Of a stretch of DNA of 34,953 nt, positions 1 to 8,210 are shown piece after piece (within the stretch, counting starts at the first letter, position 1; each line of letters opens with the position of its first letter). The DNA is from an uncultured Bacilli bacterium. GTDB lineage: Bacteria > Bacillota_I > Bacilli_A > RFN20 > CAG-826. The notes below the pieces were generated by a model, which was not told the DNA's origin, did no database searches, and worked only from the letters and a program-made list of their open reading frames with translations. The stretch covers positions 1 to 34,953 of the forward strand of contig CAUWDL010000001.1 in NCBI GenBank assembly GCA_963557285.1. The letters are read 5' to 3'. The position numbers and the translations under genes were made by a program.

Positions 1-36
1 AATAAATTGACGTTTCTTTTTGTTTGTACATCTATT

Positions 37-50
37 TAGTTTTCAAAGAT
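37..50 (-). promoter_or_regulatory. rRNA-operon leader motif (boxA-like ATCTTTGAAAACTA)
   Basis: The minus strand reads GATCTTTGAAAACTAAATAGATGTACAAACAAAAAGAAACGTCAATTT. This closely resembles the (G)TTCTTTGAAAACTAAACAAGACAAAAC leader upstream of 16S rRNA in Bacillus and other Firmicutes. It lies about 60 nt downstream of a near-consensus promoter. Confidence 0.55.
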
Positions 51-104
51 CTCTTCTGCTTGGAATTCTAATTCTATTGAGTTTTCTCAACAAGCAGGGT
101 TTAT

Positions 105-133
105 ATAATATCATATGCGATATTAGAAGTCAA
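105..133 (-). promoter_or_regulatory. sigma-A type promoter TTGACT-17 nt-TATTAT firing leftwards
   Basis: On the minus strand the -35 TTGACT is at 128-133, the 17-nt spacer is TCTAATATCGCATATGA, and the -10 TATTAT is at 105-110. No CDS lies downstream; only the rRNA-type leader follows. Confidence 0.6.
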
Positions 134-197
134 CAATTAATTATTAAATTAATAATTTTGGCTAATATTTTATATTTGCCTCGTGACAACTTAATTA

Positions 198-226
198 TTC
201 TATACCTAATAGCATACGCATTGCAA
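198..226 (-). promoter_or_regulatory. possible upstream tandem promoter (TTGCAA-16 nt-TATAGA)
   Basis: On the minus strand TTGCAA is at 221-226 and TATAGA at 199-204. Tandem P1/P2 promoters are usual for rRNA operons. The match is weak. Confidence 0.3.
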
Positions 227-255
227 GCATTATTTTACTTTTTTTAAAATAAACA

Positions 256-1734
256 TTATTTAAAAACTCTCGTTGCTTTGATGGCCTTTTTCCACTTTTT
301 ATCAATTTCTTTTATCTTCTCTTTTGACATATTTGGGATATATTCCTTTTGATATAAATGAATACATTTAATTTCATTAATATCTTTCCAATAACCACTG
401 CAAAGACCTGCTAAATAAGCAGCACCAAGTGCTGTTGTTTCAAGACAATAAGGAATTAAAATTTTAGATTGTAATATATCAGCTTGATATTGCATTAAAT
501 AAGAATTCGCAGTAGCTCCACCATCAACCTTTAAAATTTTAATTTTCTTTTTGGAGTCTTTTTCCATCGTTTTCATTACATCTTTGCTTTGTAATGCTAT
601 GGAGTTCAATGTCGCTCTAATAAAATGTTCTTTTTGTGTTCCTCTAGTTAACCCAAAAACAGCTCCTCTGCATTCATCATCCCAATAAGGCGCTCCTAAA
701 CCAACAAAAGCTGGTACAACATAAACACCTAATTCATCATTTACTTTATTAGCGTAATTTTCTGTTTCGTAGGCATGTTTAATCATTCGCATTTGATCAC
801 GTAGCCATTGGACGACAGCCCCACCAATAAAAACACTACCTTCAAGAGCGTAAGTTACTTCTCCATTTAATTCCCAGGCAATTGTTGTAATCAACCCATT
901 TTTGCTGAATATTGGTTTATTGCCTATGTTCATAAGCATGAAGCACCCAGTTCCATATGTGTTTTTTGAATCACCTGCATTAAAACAATTTTGCCCAAAT
1001 AAAGCTGCTTGCTGATCACCGGCAACGCCAGTAATTTTTAAATCTTGTTTTAAAGCTTTTGCGTATCCAAAGAAATAACTCGAAGGATGAACTGTTGGCA
1101 AAATGCATTTAGGAATATTAAATAATTTTAATAATTCCTCATCATATTCCATTGTTGAAATATTAAATAGCATTGTTCTACTTGCATTAGTAACGTCAGT
1201 TTTAAAAATTGTATGATTACTCAACTTATACATTAACCATGTGTCTATCGTTCCAAACATTAACTCGCCTTTTTCGGCGCGTTCTTGGCCATTTTCAATT
1301 CGATCTAATATAAATCTAATTTTACTAGCACTAAAATATGGATTAATTATTAATCCAGTTTTTTCATGAACAATATCTTCATATTGTTTCCATTCACTAC
1401 AAATCTGTGCACTTTGCCTCGATTGCCAAACAATAGCATTATAAACTGGCATTCCTGTGATTTTATCCCAAACTACTGTTGTCTCTCTTTGATTTGTTAA
1501 ACCGATGCAATCAATATTATCATATGTTAAATTACATTTTGCTAAAACATCATTAATCACATAAATAATACTTAGCCAAATATCCAAAGCGTCTTGTTCT
1601 ACCCAGCCATCATGAGGAAACAAGCACTTTACCTCTTGCTGAGATTTGAAAAATACATGTCCTTTTTTATCAAAAAGCATTGCTCTAGATGATGTTGTTC
1701 CTTGATCGAGAGCTAATACATATTCTTTAGCCAT
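256..1734 (-). CDS. glpK: glycerol kinase
   Basis: 492 aa. The N-terminus YVLALDQGTTSSR and overall FGGY kinase architecture are typical of GlpK. An AAGGAG SD lies 7 nt upstream of the ATG. Confidence 0.95.
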   Translation of the reverse strand: MAKEYVLALDQGTTSSRAMLFDKKGHVFFKSQQEVKCLFPHDGWVEQDALDIWLSIIYVINDVLAKCNLTYDNIDCIGLTNQRETTVVWDKITGMPVYNAIVWQSRQSAQICSEWKQYEDIVHEKTGLIINPYFSASKIRFILDRIENGQERAEKGELMFGTIDTWLMYKLSNHTIFKTDVTNASRTMLFNISTMEYDEELLKLFNIPKCILPTVHPSSYFFGYAKALKQDLKITGVAGDQQAALFGQNCFNAGDSKNTYGTGCFMLMNIGNKPIFSKNGLITTIAWELNGEVTYALEGSVFIGGAVVQWLRDQMRMIKHAYETENYANKVNDELGVYVVPAFVGLGAPYWDDECRGAVFGLTRGTQKEHFIRATLNSIALQSKDVMKTMEKDSKKKIKILKVDGGATANSYLMQYQADILQSKILIPYCLETTALGAAYLAGLCSGYWKDINEIKCIHLYQKEYIPNMSKEKIKEIDKKWKKAIKATRVFK

Positions 1735-1759
1735 AAAGCACTCCTTATATCTATATATA

Positions 1760-2872
1760 TTATTGATATTCTTTTATATGAAATAGAATTGTAAAATATG
1801 TTTTTACAAAGTCTCTAGACATAACCTTCAACTTTTCTTTTTTCTTTGTTGAATAATTTGAAATTTTATCAAGATATATCTTTCTTTTTTTAATAATATC
1901 TAATTTTAAATTTAAAATCGTTGTTTGTTTATTAGCAACAGCAACCTGATAAATAAAATCAGCCATATCCCTAAAGTCTTTCTTTTGATACCTAGGTAGC
2001 CAATCATTTATCGAATACTTAATTGCAAGACTATATTTGCTCTGTCTTTTGCTTCTAGCTAATTTGCAATATCTTGAATCGCTAGAAAACTCCCATGTAA
2101 TAGGATCATGTGCATTGATATTTGATTTATATGATTTAACAACCTCATAACTATTTCCTTTTTCCATTAACATTCCTATAACAGAATTGGACGGAACAAT
2201 TTTAATGAGTTTTTTATCTTCATAATCAATTTTTATCTTAGGGTCACAAAATCCTGGGCCATCTAAATTATAAACTTTATAAATCCTATTTTTAATTTTT
2301 TGAGAGGCAGTTATATAAGTATAAAATGCCAAATTGCCACCTTTGGAATGTCCAACAAGAATTATCGGTTTATCTGTCAAATCAGCTATTTTATATGCAT
2401 ATGCTTTTGCCAGTTTCTGAGAAGGTATTTTATCTTTAAAGGCTAGGTCTAAGTCTTCTTTCCATCCTACAAGACTTGTATCAGTGCCCCTAAAAAATAC
2501 TAAAGCGTAACTCTTTGATATCGCTGTAAACGCAAAGAATTGTGTCGCTTCATCTTCGTTTTCTTTAATATTCGCAAAATAGCCTATTCTCGTTAAATGA
2601 TACCTTTTGCATAAAAGCAAATCTTTAATTACTTTTTCAGCTTCTTTAGAATGTAAAAAACTGCGTGATAAAATTAATGAATTCCTTTTCCCATGGAATA
2701 TGCTAGCTGGAGCTAAATTATGTTCTAGATTATATTTTTTAGTTTTACTACTACCATTAAAATCTGCATAACTTAAAATTGCACCTGCAACAATATCAGC
2801 TTCGCACAAAGGAAATTCGTCATATGTTTTATTGCGATAAATAGTTAAAAATTTGTTTATGTTATTCGCCAT
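1760..2872 (-). CDS. alpha/beta hydrolase, lipase-like (DUF2974/Mbeg1-like family)
   Basis: It carries the nucleophile elbow VGHSKGGNLA (GxSxG). The ORF track starts at TTG 2881. The ATG at 2872 (MANNINKF) is preferred and overlaps the upstream stop as ATGGCGAATAA. Confidence 0.6.
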   Translation of the reverse strand: MANNINKFLTIYRNKTYDEFPLCEADIVAGAILSYADFNGSSKTKKYNLEHNLAPASIFHGKRNSLILSRSFLHSKEAEKVIKDLLLCKRYHLTRIGYFANIKENEDEATQFFAFTAISKSYALVFFRGTDTSLVGWKEDLDLAFKDKIPSQKLAKAYAYKIADLTDKPIILVGHSKGGNLAFYTYITASQKIKNRIYKVYNLDGPGFCDPKIKIDYEDKKLIKIVPSNSVIGMLMEKGNSYEVVKSYKSNINAHDPITWEFSSDSRYCKLARSKRQSKYSLAIKYSINDWLPRYQKKDFRDMADFIYQVAVANKQTTILNLKLDIIKKRKIYLDKISNYSTKKKEKLKVMSRDFVKTYFTILFHIKEYQ

Positions 2873-3221
2873 CTTTTGCAATCTCTTTTGTTGCTATAAT
2901 ATCTACCCCTAGGCCTCTTACATTTTCAATAATAACTTGATGCATTTTTATCGGTGCATCTACAGTAATTTTATCAATATCTTCTATAACATCTTTTATG
3001 ATATCTTTTGGAAGATTTTCACTCGATTTACAAGGACAAACTGAGCACTTTGAGCCATTCATTTTAAAAGTCGAAGTTAAGCACCTTCTTGGATCTACAA
3101 GTTCTTGTTTTACATAATTAAGTCCTCTTAAACAAGTATATCCAGATATATTTCCGTTTTCATCAACTTGAATATGACATCCTTTCGGACAAACTATACA
3201 CGTAAAATGCTTTATGCTCAT
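2862..3221 (-). CDS. DUF1667 Cys-rich small protein
   Basis: 119 aa with CIVCPKGCHIQV...YTCLRG and CSVCPC motifs. Its start overlaps the upstream stop (ATGA). Confidence 0.75.
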   Translation of the reverse strand: MSIKHFTCIVCPKGCHIQVDENGNISGYTCLRGLNYVKQELVDPRRCLTSTFKMNGSKCSVCPCKSSENLPKDIIKDVIEDIDKITVDAPIKMHQVIIENVRGLGVDIIATKEIAKDGE

Positions 3222-4471
3222 AATTCTTTTACCTCTATTGTAACATTATCAAATTTCGTGAAATCAATATCTTTTAAAGTTATCTTTTTCATTTCGCTTG
3301 GCAATAAATCATTACTTTTGATCGATTTAATAATTTCGTTATTATTTTTAATAATAATTTCACCTTTTTTTATAGGTTTTTTGACTCTAAAAGAGAATTC
3401 AACAGATTTTAAATTTTCATACACATGAATAATATTTGGAAGCACATAATTTACGTTATTGTTTTCACTAACATTTATTGTTTTTAAACATTTATGCTTG
3501 CCATTATTGATATAATTTGCAGCATTTTTACCAGCAATTTCACCTTCAAGTGATACAAAATCTACCAAATCGTGGACATGCAAAACATTTCCGCAACTAA
3601 ATATTCCTTCAATGGAAGTTTCTAAATTTTGATCAACAAAAGCGCCTTTAGTTTTGTTATAAACTTTACCTTTTGCATTCGCTAGCAAAGCATTAAAAGG
3701 ATATAAACCTACACTTAATAACAAAGTATCGCATTTAATAACTTGTTCTGTGCCTTTTATTGGCTTTAAATTATCATCAACATCTGAAATTTCGATTGCT
3801 TCTAATTTAGGTTTTCCGATAATTTTGGTAACAGTATTATGAAGTCTTAGTGGAATATTAAAATCGTTTAGGCATTGAACGATATTTCTATTTAATCCAT
3901 TTGAATAAGGCATTAATTCGCTGACTCCAATTACATTTGCACCTTCTAACGACATTCTTCTTGCCATTATCAATCCGATATCGCCGCTTCCTAAAATATA
4001 TACATTTTTCCCAACAAGTCTACCATCAATATTTAAATATTTTTGTGCTATTCCTGCAGTATAAACTCCTTGAGGTCTTTCACCTGGAATTGATATTTGT
4101 CCTCTTGTTCTTTCATTACAACCCATTGCTAAAATTATAGCTTTAGCTTGAATCGTTTCTACTCCTAATGTTGAATTAATTATTCTAACTTCTCGCTTTT
4201 CATTAATGCTTAATACAAGCGTATCTGTAAAAGCTTCAATGTTACGTTTTTTAAATTCAACAATATATCTCCATGCATATTCAGGGCCAGTTAATTCTTC
4301 TTTAAAACGATGTAATCCAAAACCATTATGAATACATTGATTTAAGATTCCACCTAACTCAGAATTTTTTTCGATTAAAAGGATATCTCTTGCACCATTA
4401 TCATAAGCACTGATAGCTGCAGCTAAACCAGCGCTACCACCACCAATAATTACCAAATCTTTATTTATCAT
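3218..4471 (-). CDS. NAD(P)/FAD-dependent (pyridine nucleotide-disulfide family) oxidoreductase
   Basis: It has two Rossmann motifs, VIIGGGSAGLAAA and VYILGSGDIGLIMA. The preferred start is ATG 4471 (MINKDLV) with an AAGGG SD; it overlaps the upstream stop as ATGATAAATAA. The ORF track start is 4489. Confidence 0.8.
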   Translation of the reverse strand: MINKDLVIIGGGSAGLAAAISAYDNGARDILLIEKNSELGGILNQCIHNGFGLHRFKEELTGPEYAWRYIVEFKKRNIEAFTDTLVLSINEKREVRIINSTLGVETIQAKAIILAMGCNERTRGQISIPGERPQGVYTAGIAQKYLNIDGRLVGKNVYILGSGDIGLIMARRMSLEGANVIGVSELMPYSNGLNRNIVQCLNDFNIPLRLHNTVTKIIGKPKLEAIEISDVDDNLKPIKGTEQVIKCDTLLLSVGLYPFNALLANAKGKVYNKTKGAFVDQNLETSIEGIFSCGNVLHVHDLVDFVSLEGEIAGKNAANYINNGKHKCLKTINVSENNNVNYVLPNIIHVYENLKSVEFSFRVKKPIKKGEIIIKNNNEIIKSIKSNDLLPSEMKKITLKDIDFTKFDNVTIEVKEL

Positions 4472-5912
4472 TTTTAATACCCTTAACATTATATTTCATT
4501 ATTTCAGTTCCAAGATCGCTATAGCAAATCTCGCCAACATCTTTATTTAATTCACGAGCTAAAATTTTAATCACTTCTTCTTCACAGAAAGTTCCTTGGC
4601 ATTTGCCAAATCCAGGTCTACAACGCTTTTTAATTCCTTTAACAGTTGTTGCACCACAATTTCTATGGATTGCATCAACTATCTCACCTTCAGTAATTTT
4701 TTCACATCTACAAATCATATGCCCATAACGAGGATCTTTTTTTACTAAATCATTGTAATCTTTTATGGAAAGATTTGCTAATTTTAAATGTTTTCTTATT
4801 CTAGGATTAAAATCAGGATTATCTTCTAATACTAAATTTCTTTTTATTAAATCACTAACATATTCTCCTATAGTGAGTGAACTAGCAAGTCCAGGAGACA
4901 TTATTGCACCAAGATTGAAGAAATTTGGCGAAACCTTACTTTCCTCAATAATAAAATCGCCTGTTAAGGAATTAGCTCTAATACCAGTGAATTGTCTTAT
5001 GTTTTGTTCAAAAGGAATATTTGGTATTAATTTTTTCGCCGTATCTTTTAAATAAGATAATTTTTCTTGAGATGTTGATGTATCTTGCTTATCACCATCA
5101 TCATTAGTTGGACCAATTATATAGTTATAACTAGTTGTTTGAGATATCAAAACACCTTTCCCTAATTTAGTTGGACACATGAATAAAGTGTGTTTTACCC
5201 GTGATGCGTTAAAGTGATCTAATACATAATATTCTCCCTTGCGAGGAATAACTTTAAAGTTATCAGCACCAACAAAATGAGCAATTATATCACTATTTAG
5301 ACCAGCGCAATTAACAACAACTTTTGACTTAATTTTTTCTCCGTTATTTAAGATTACAACATACTCATCTTCGTCTTTTTTAATATCAACTACTTCGGAA
5401 TTTAATTTTAATTCAACGCCATTATCCATAGCATTTTCCATTAAATTAACACAAAGTGAAAAAGGAGAAACTATACCAGCATCTTTACAATAAATTGCTT
5501 TTTTAGCTTCTCTATTTAAATTAGGTTCCATTTTTAGAAGTTCGTCATGATCGACTATTTTTGCTGAAACACCATTTTTGCTTGCTCGATCTAGAAGTTC
5601 ATTTAAAGTTTCGACTTCTTCATCGCTAAACGCAACAGTTAGTGAGCCAATTTTATAAAAAGGTACATCTAGTTCTTTGCATGTCCCTTCCATCATTCTA
5701 TTCCCACGAACATTAAAAAATGCTTTTTTAGTTCCTGGTAATGGGTCGTAACCACTATGCACAATCGCACTATTAGCATTAGTAGTTTCATCACCCACAT
5801 CATTGTGTTTCTCTAAAACTAAACACTTTACTCGATTTCTCGATAAGTACCTTGCGACGCTAGCGCCAATTACACCAGCACCAATAATGATTACATCAAA
5901 CCCATTATTCAT
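4461..5912 (-). CDS. FAD-dependent glycerol-3-phosphate dehydrogenase, GlpA-like with C-terminal BFD-like [2Fe-2S] domain
   Basis: The N-terminus DVIIIGAGVIGASVARYL is a FAD-binding motif. The C-terminal CRCEKITEGEI...CRPGFGKCQGTFC is a BFD-like 2Fe-2S motif. It sits in an operon with glpK. Confidence 0.8.
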   Translation of the reverse strand: MNNGFDVIIIGAGVIGASVARYLSRNRVKCLVLEKHNDVGDETTNANSAIVHSGYDPLPGTKKAFFNVRGNRMMEGTCKELDVPFYKIGSLTVAFSDEEVETLNELLDRASKNGVSAKIVDHDELLKMEPNLNREAKKAIYCKDAGIVSPFSLCVNLMENAMDNGVELKLNSEVVDIKKDEDEYVVILNNGEKIKSKVVVNCAGLNSDIIAHFVGADNFKVIPRKGEYYVLDHFNASRVKHTLFMCPTKLGKGVLISQTTSYNYIIGPTNDDGDKQDTSTSQEKLSYLKDTAKKLIPNIPFEQNIRQFTGIRANSLTGDFIIEESKVSPNFFNLGAIMSPGLASSLTIGEYVSDLIKRNLVLEDNPDFNPRIRKHLKLANLSIKDYNDLVKKDPRYGHMICRCEKITEGEIVDAIHRNCGATTVKGIKKRCRPGFGKCQGTFCEEEVIKILARELNKDVGEICYSDLGTEIMKYNVKGIKNDK

Positions 5913-5914
5913 AA

Positions 5915-6259
5915 TTATTTTTTATATTCCTCTCGATTAATGCTGTCTTCTTTATGGAAAGTAGAACCATGGTATCTCTTGTGCAACTTATCCAAATTAT
6001 ATTGTGCAACTTCTTCAAGAGAAATTCCAAGTCCACTTGCAGTCTCAGCTAAATACCATAATACATCACCAAGTTCATCCTTTAAATGTTCTTTATCTAA
6101 ATCATGACCCTGGTATTTATATTTTTTTACTATATCGCAACATTCGCCAGTTTCACCAGCAAGACCTAAGACACCATTGGTTATCATATCTTTTTTTCCA
6201 TCTTCGCTGATTAAGTTGTATGCCTCTTGCTGATAAGTATTAAAGTTCAATTTATCCAT
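5915..6259 (-). CDS. MazG-like nucleotide pyrophosphohydrolase (small all-alpha NTP-PPase)
   Basis: 114 aa with LGLAGETGE...ELGDVLWYL EXXE/D-type motifs. An AGAGGA SD lies inside the end of the upstream gene. Confidence 0.7.
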   Translation of the reverse strand: MDKLNFNTYQQEAYNLISEDGKKDMITNGVLGLAGETGECCDIVKKYKYQGHDLDKEHLKDELGDVLWYLAETASGLGISLEEVAQYNLDKLHKRYHGSTFHKEDSINREEYKK

Positions 6260-6260
6260 T

Positions 6261-8081
6261 TTAATCCTCTATTTTTTCGAAATCACTTGCGCCATGTTTA
6301 CAAAGTGGACAAATAAAATCAGCTGGTAATACATCACCTTCATAAACGTATCCACAAATCTTACAAATCCATCCTTTTTTCTTTGTATCTTTTGCAGGTA
6401 ATGGCTTTATATTTTTTTGATAGAATTCATAAGTTAAGCTCTCTTCATTACTTAAAAGTTCTTTATCTACTACTTCTAAAATAAAGCCATAATGACTTCC
6501 TAAATCAATCACATCTTTAACTTTTAAAGATATATAAGCATTTGTATTTTTTGTTAAATAGTTAACTCCGTTTTTTGCGATTTTATAATCATTGAAATTT
6601 TCAAATTTATTAACATCTTTGCCAGAAGCAAATCCAAATCTTTTAATCAAATCAAAAGAGGTATGTTTTGTTAATACTGACAAGTTGCAAACACCAGTTT
6701 TCTTAAGAGCATCAGCGGTGTGATTTTGCTTATTAACAGAAATCATTAATAAATCTGGATTTTGTGAAATTAAATTTGCAGTATTTACTGCGCATCCGTT
6801 CTGCTTATCACCATCTTTAGTTGATAAAATATAAAGCCCATAACTAATTTTAAATAATGGGTCATTATTTAATTTTTGTACAGGGAGAGATTCTTTAATG
6901 CAATTTACTAATTCATTAATAGCAGGTAAATTTTCAGTCTTTACTGATGATTTAAAAGTAACAGTATTACCTATTTGTTCCCAGCCTTTTAACGGTGAAA
7001 GAATTTCTTTGATTAATTTTCCACTATTTGGAGCCCATGAGCCATTCTCCACAATTGAAAATTTTCTATTTTGTAAATTGTGATATTTTAAATCCAATAA
7101 AAATTCTTCAACTGGCGTAAATATGCCCATGTTATATGTGGATGAACAAACAATTAAATGTGAGTATTTGAAAGCTTCTGCAACTAAATAAGATTTATCA
7201 GTTTTTGCTGCATCATAAATTTTAATTTGATCAATTCCACTTTCAGCTAATTGATCAGCAATTAAATTTGCTGCTTCTTCAGTGTGACCATAGACACTTC
7301 CATAAACAATTAAAGCACCATTTACTTCAGGTTCGTAACTAGCCCATTTTGTATACAAATTAATAAAATAAGATAAATCTTGTCTCCAAATTGGTCCATG
7401 TAAAGGGCAAATAGTTTCAATTTCAATTGTACTTGCCTTCTTTAAAGCAGCTAAAACTTGAGTACCATATTTGCCAACAATATTTGTATAATATCTTCTC
7501 GCTTCATCTTCATATTCTTTTTCAAACGAAACTCTATCGGCGAATAAGTTACCATTCAAAGCGCCAAATGTGCCAAAGGCATCAGCGCTAAACAATGTTT
7601 TTGTTGTTGTATCGTAAGTCATCATAACTTCTGGCCAATGGACCATAGGAGTAAATACAAATGTTAATTTATGTTCTCCAAGATCAAGAACTTCAAATTC
7701 TTTAACAACTCTTACATTCTTTGGACAGTAGCCTTCATTATAATTTTTAAACATAACTAAGGCTTTTTCACTAATTACTAAAGTACAATTTGGATACATA
7801 CCAAGAACATATTTTAATGAATAAGCATGGTCTGGCTCCATATGATTAACAATTACGTAATCTAATTCTTTGCCATCTAATAATTCCTTAATTTTTACAA
7901 AAAATTGTTCATCAACACTTTTATCGACTGTGTCTACTAAACAAGATTTTTGATCTAAAATTAAATAAGAATTGTAACTAACTCCGTTTGTAAGTGGGTA
8001 GACATTTTCAAACAAAGCAAGTCTTCTATCACTTCCACCTACATAATAAGTATCCTTTGAAACTAATCTTTTTGTAAACAT
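6261..8081 (-). CDS. multidomain flavodiiron protein: metallo-beta-lactamase-like diiron + flavodoxin + flavin-reductase-like + rubredoxin
   Basis: Four domains are recognisable: diiron HMEPDH (HxExDH), flavodoxin-like ALIVYGSVYGHTEEAA, a flavin-reductase-like block (YGLYILST...NGCAVNT), and C-terminal rubredoxin CKICGY...CPLCKH. A GAGG SD is present. Confidence 0.85.
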   Translation of the reverse strand: MFTKRLVSKDTYYVGGSDRRLALFENVYPLTNGVSYNSYLILDQKSCLVDTVDKSVDEQFFVKIKELLDGKELDYVIVNHMEPDHAYSLKYVLGMYPNCTLVISEKALVMFKNYNEGYCPKNVRVVKEFEVLDLGEHKLTFVFTPMVHWPEVMMTYDTTTKTLFSADAFGTFGALNGNLFADRVSFEKEYEDEARRYYTNIVGKYGTQVLAALKKASTIEIETICPLHGPIWRQDLSYFINLYTKWASYEPEVNGALIVYGSVYGHTEEAANLIADQLAESGIDQIKIYDAAKTDKSYLVAEAFKYSHLIVCSSTYNMGIFTPVEEFLLDLKYHNLQNRKFSIVENGSWAPNSGKLIKEILSPLKGWEQIGNTVTFKSSVKTENLPAINELVNCIKESLPVQKLNNDPLFKISYGLYILSTKDGDKQNGCAVNTANLISQNPDLLMISVNKQNHTADALKKTGVCNLSVLTKHTSFDLIKRFGFASGKDVNKFENFNDYKIAKNGVNYLTKNTNAYISLKVKDVIDLGSHYGFILEVVDKELLSNEESLTYEFYQKNIKPLPAKDTKKKGWICKICGYVYEGDVLPADFICPLCKHGASDFEKIED

Positions 8082-8108
8082 TTTTATACCTCACATAACT
8101 TCACTAAT

Positions 8109-8137
8109 AGTATATCAAACAACAATATCTTTGATAA
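8109..8137 (-). promoter_or_regulatory. candidate promoter of the flavodiiron-glycerol operon (TTATCA-17-TATACT) with embedded inverted repeat
   Basis: On the minus strand the -35 TTATCA is at 8132-8137 and the -10 TATACT at 8109-8114. The inverted repeat TATCAAA-N10-TTTGATA (8113-8136) overlaps both hexamers. Confidence 0.4.
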
Positions 8138-8210
8138 CTAAACTGATATTTAAATATTATAATTTTTTAGAGAAATCATTAGAATATTATTGCTTAATAT
8201 TACTAATATA

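Noticed and set aside
20-247. 75-aa plus-strand ORF at the left edge
   Set aside because: It has low-complexity, AT-driven composition and no SD. It overlaps a minus-strand promoter and rRNA-type leader that explain the region better.
3168-7083. Several 60-100-aa plus-strand ORFs antisense to the glycerol/FDP operon (3168-3428, 3937-4140, 4765-5055, 6004-6210, 6898-7083). Similar ones lie inside proS, GH2, GH36, eno and the GNAT-like gene.
   Set aside because: They are short and hydrophobic or low-complexity, have no SD, and are fully nested antisense to well-supported genes. This is typical AT-rich shadow-ORF behaviour.
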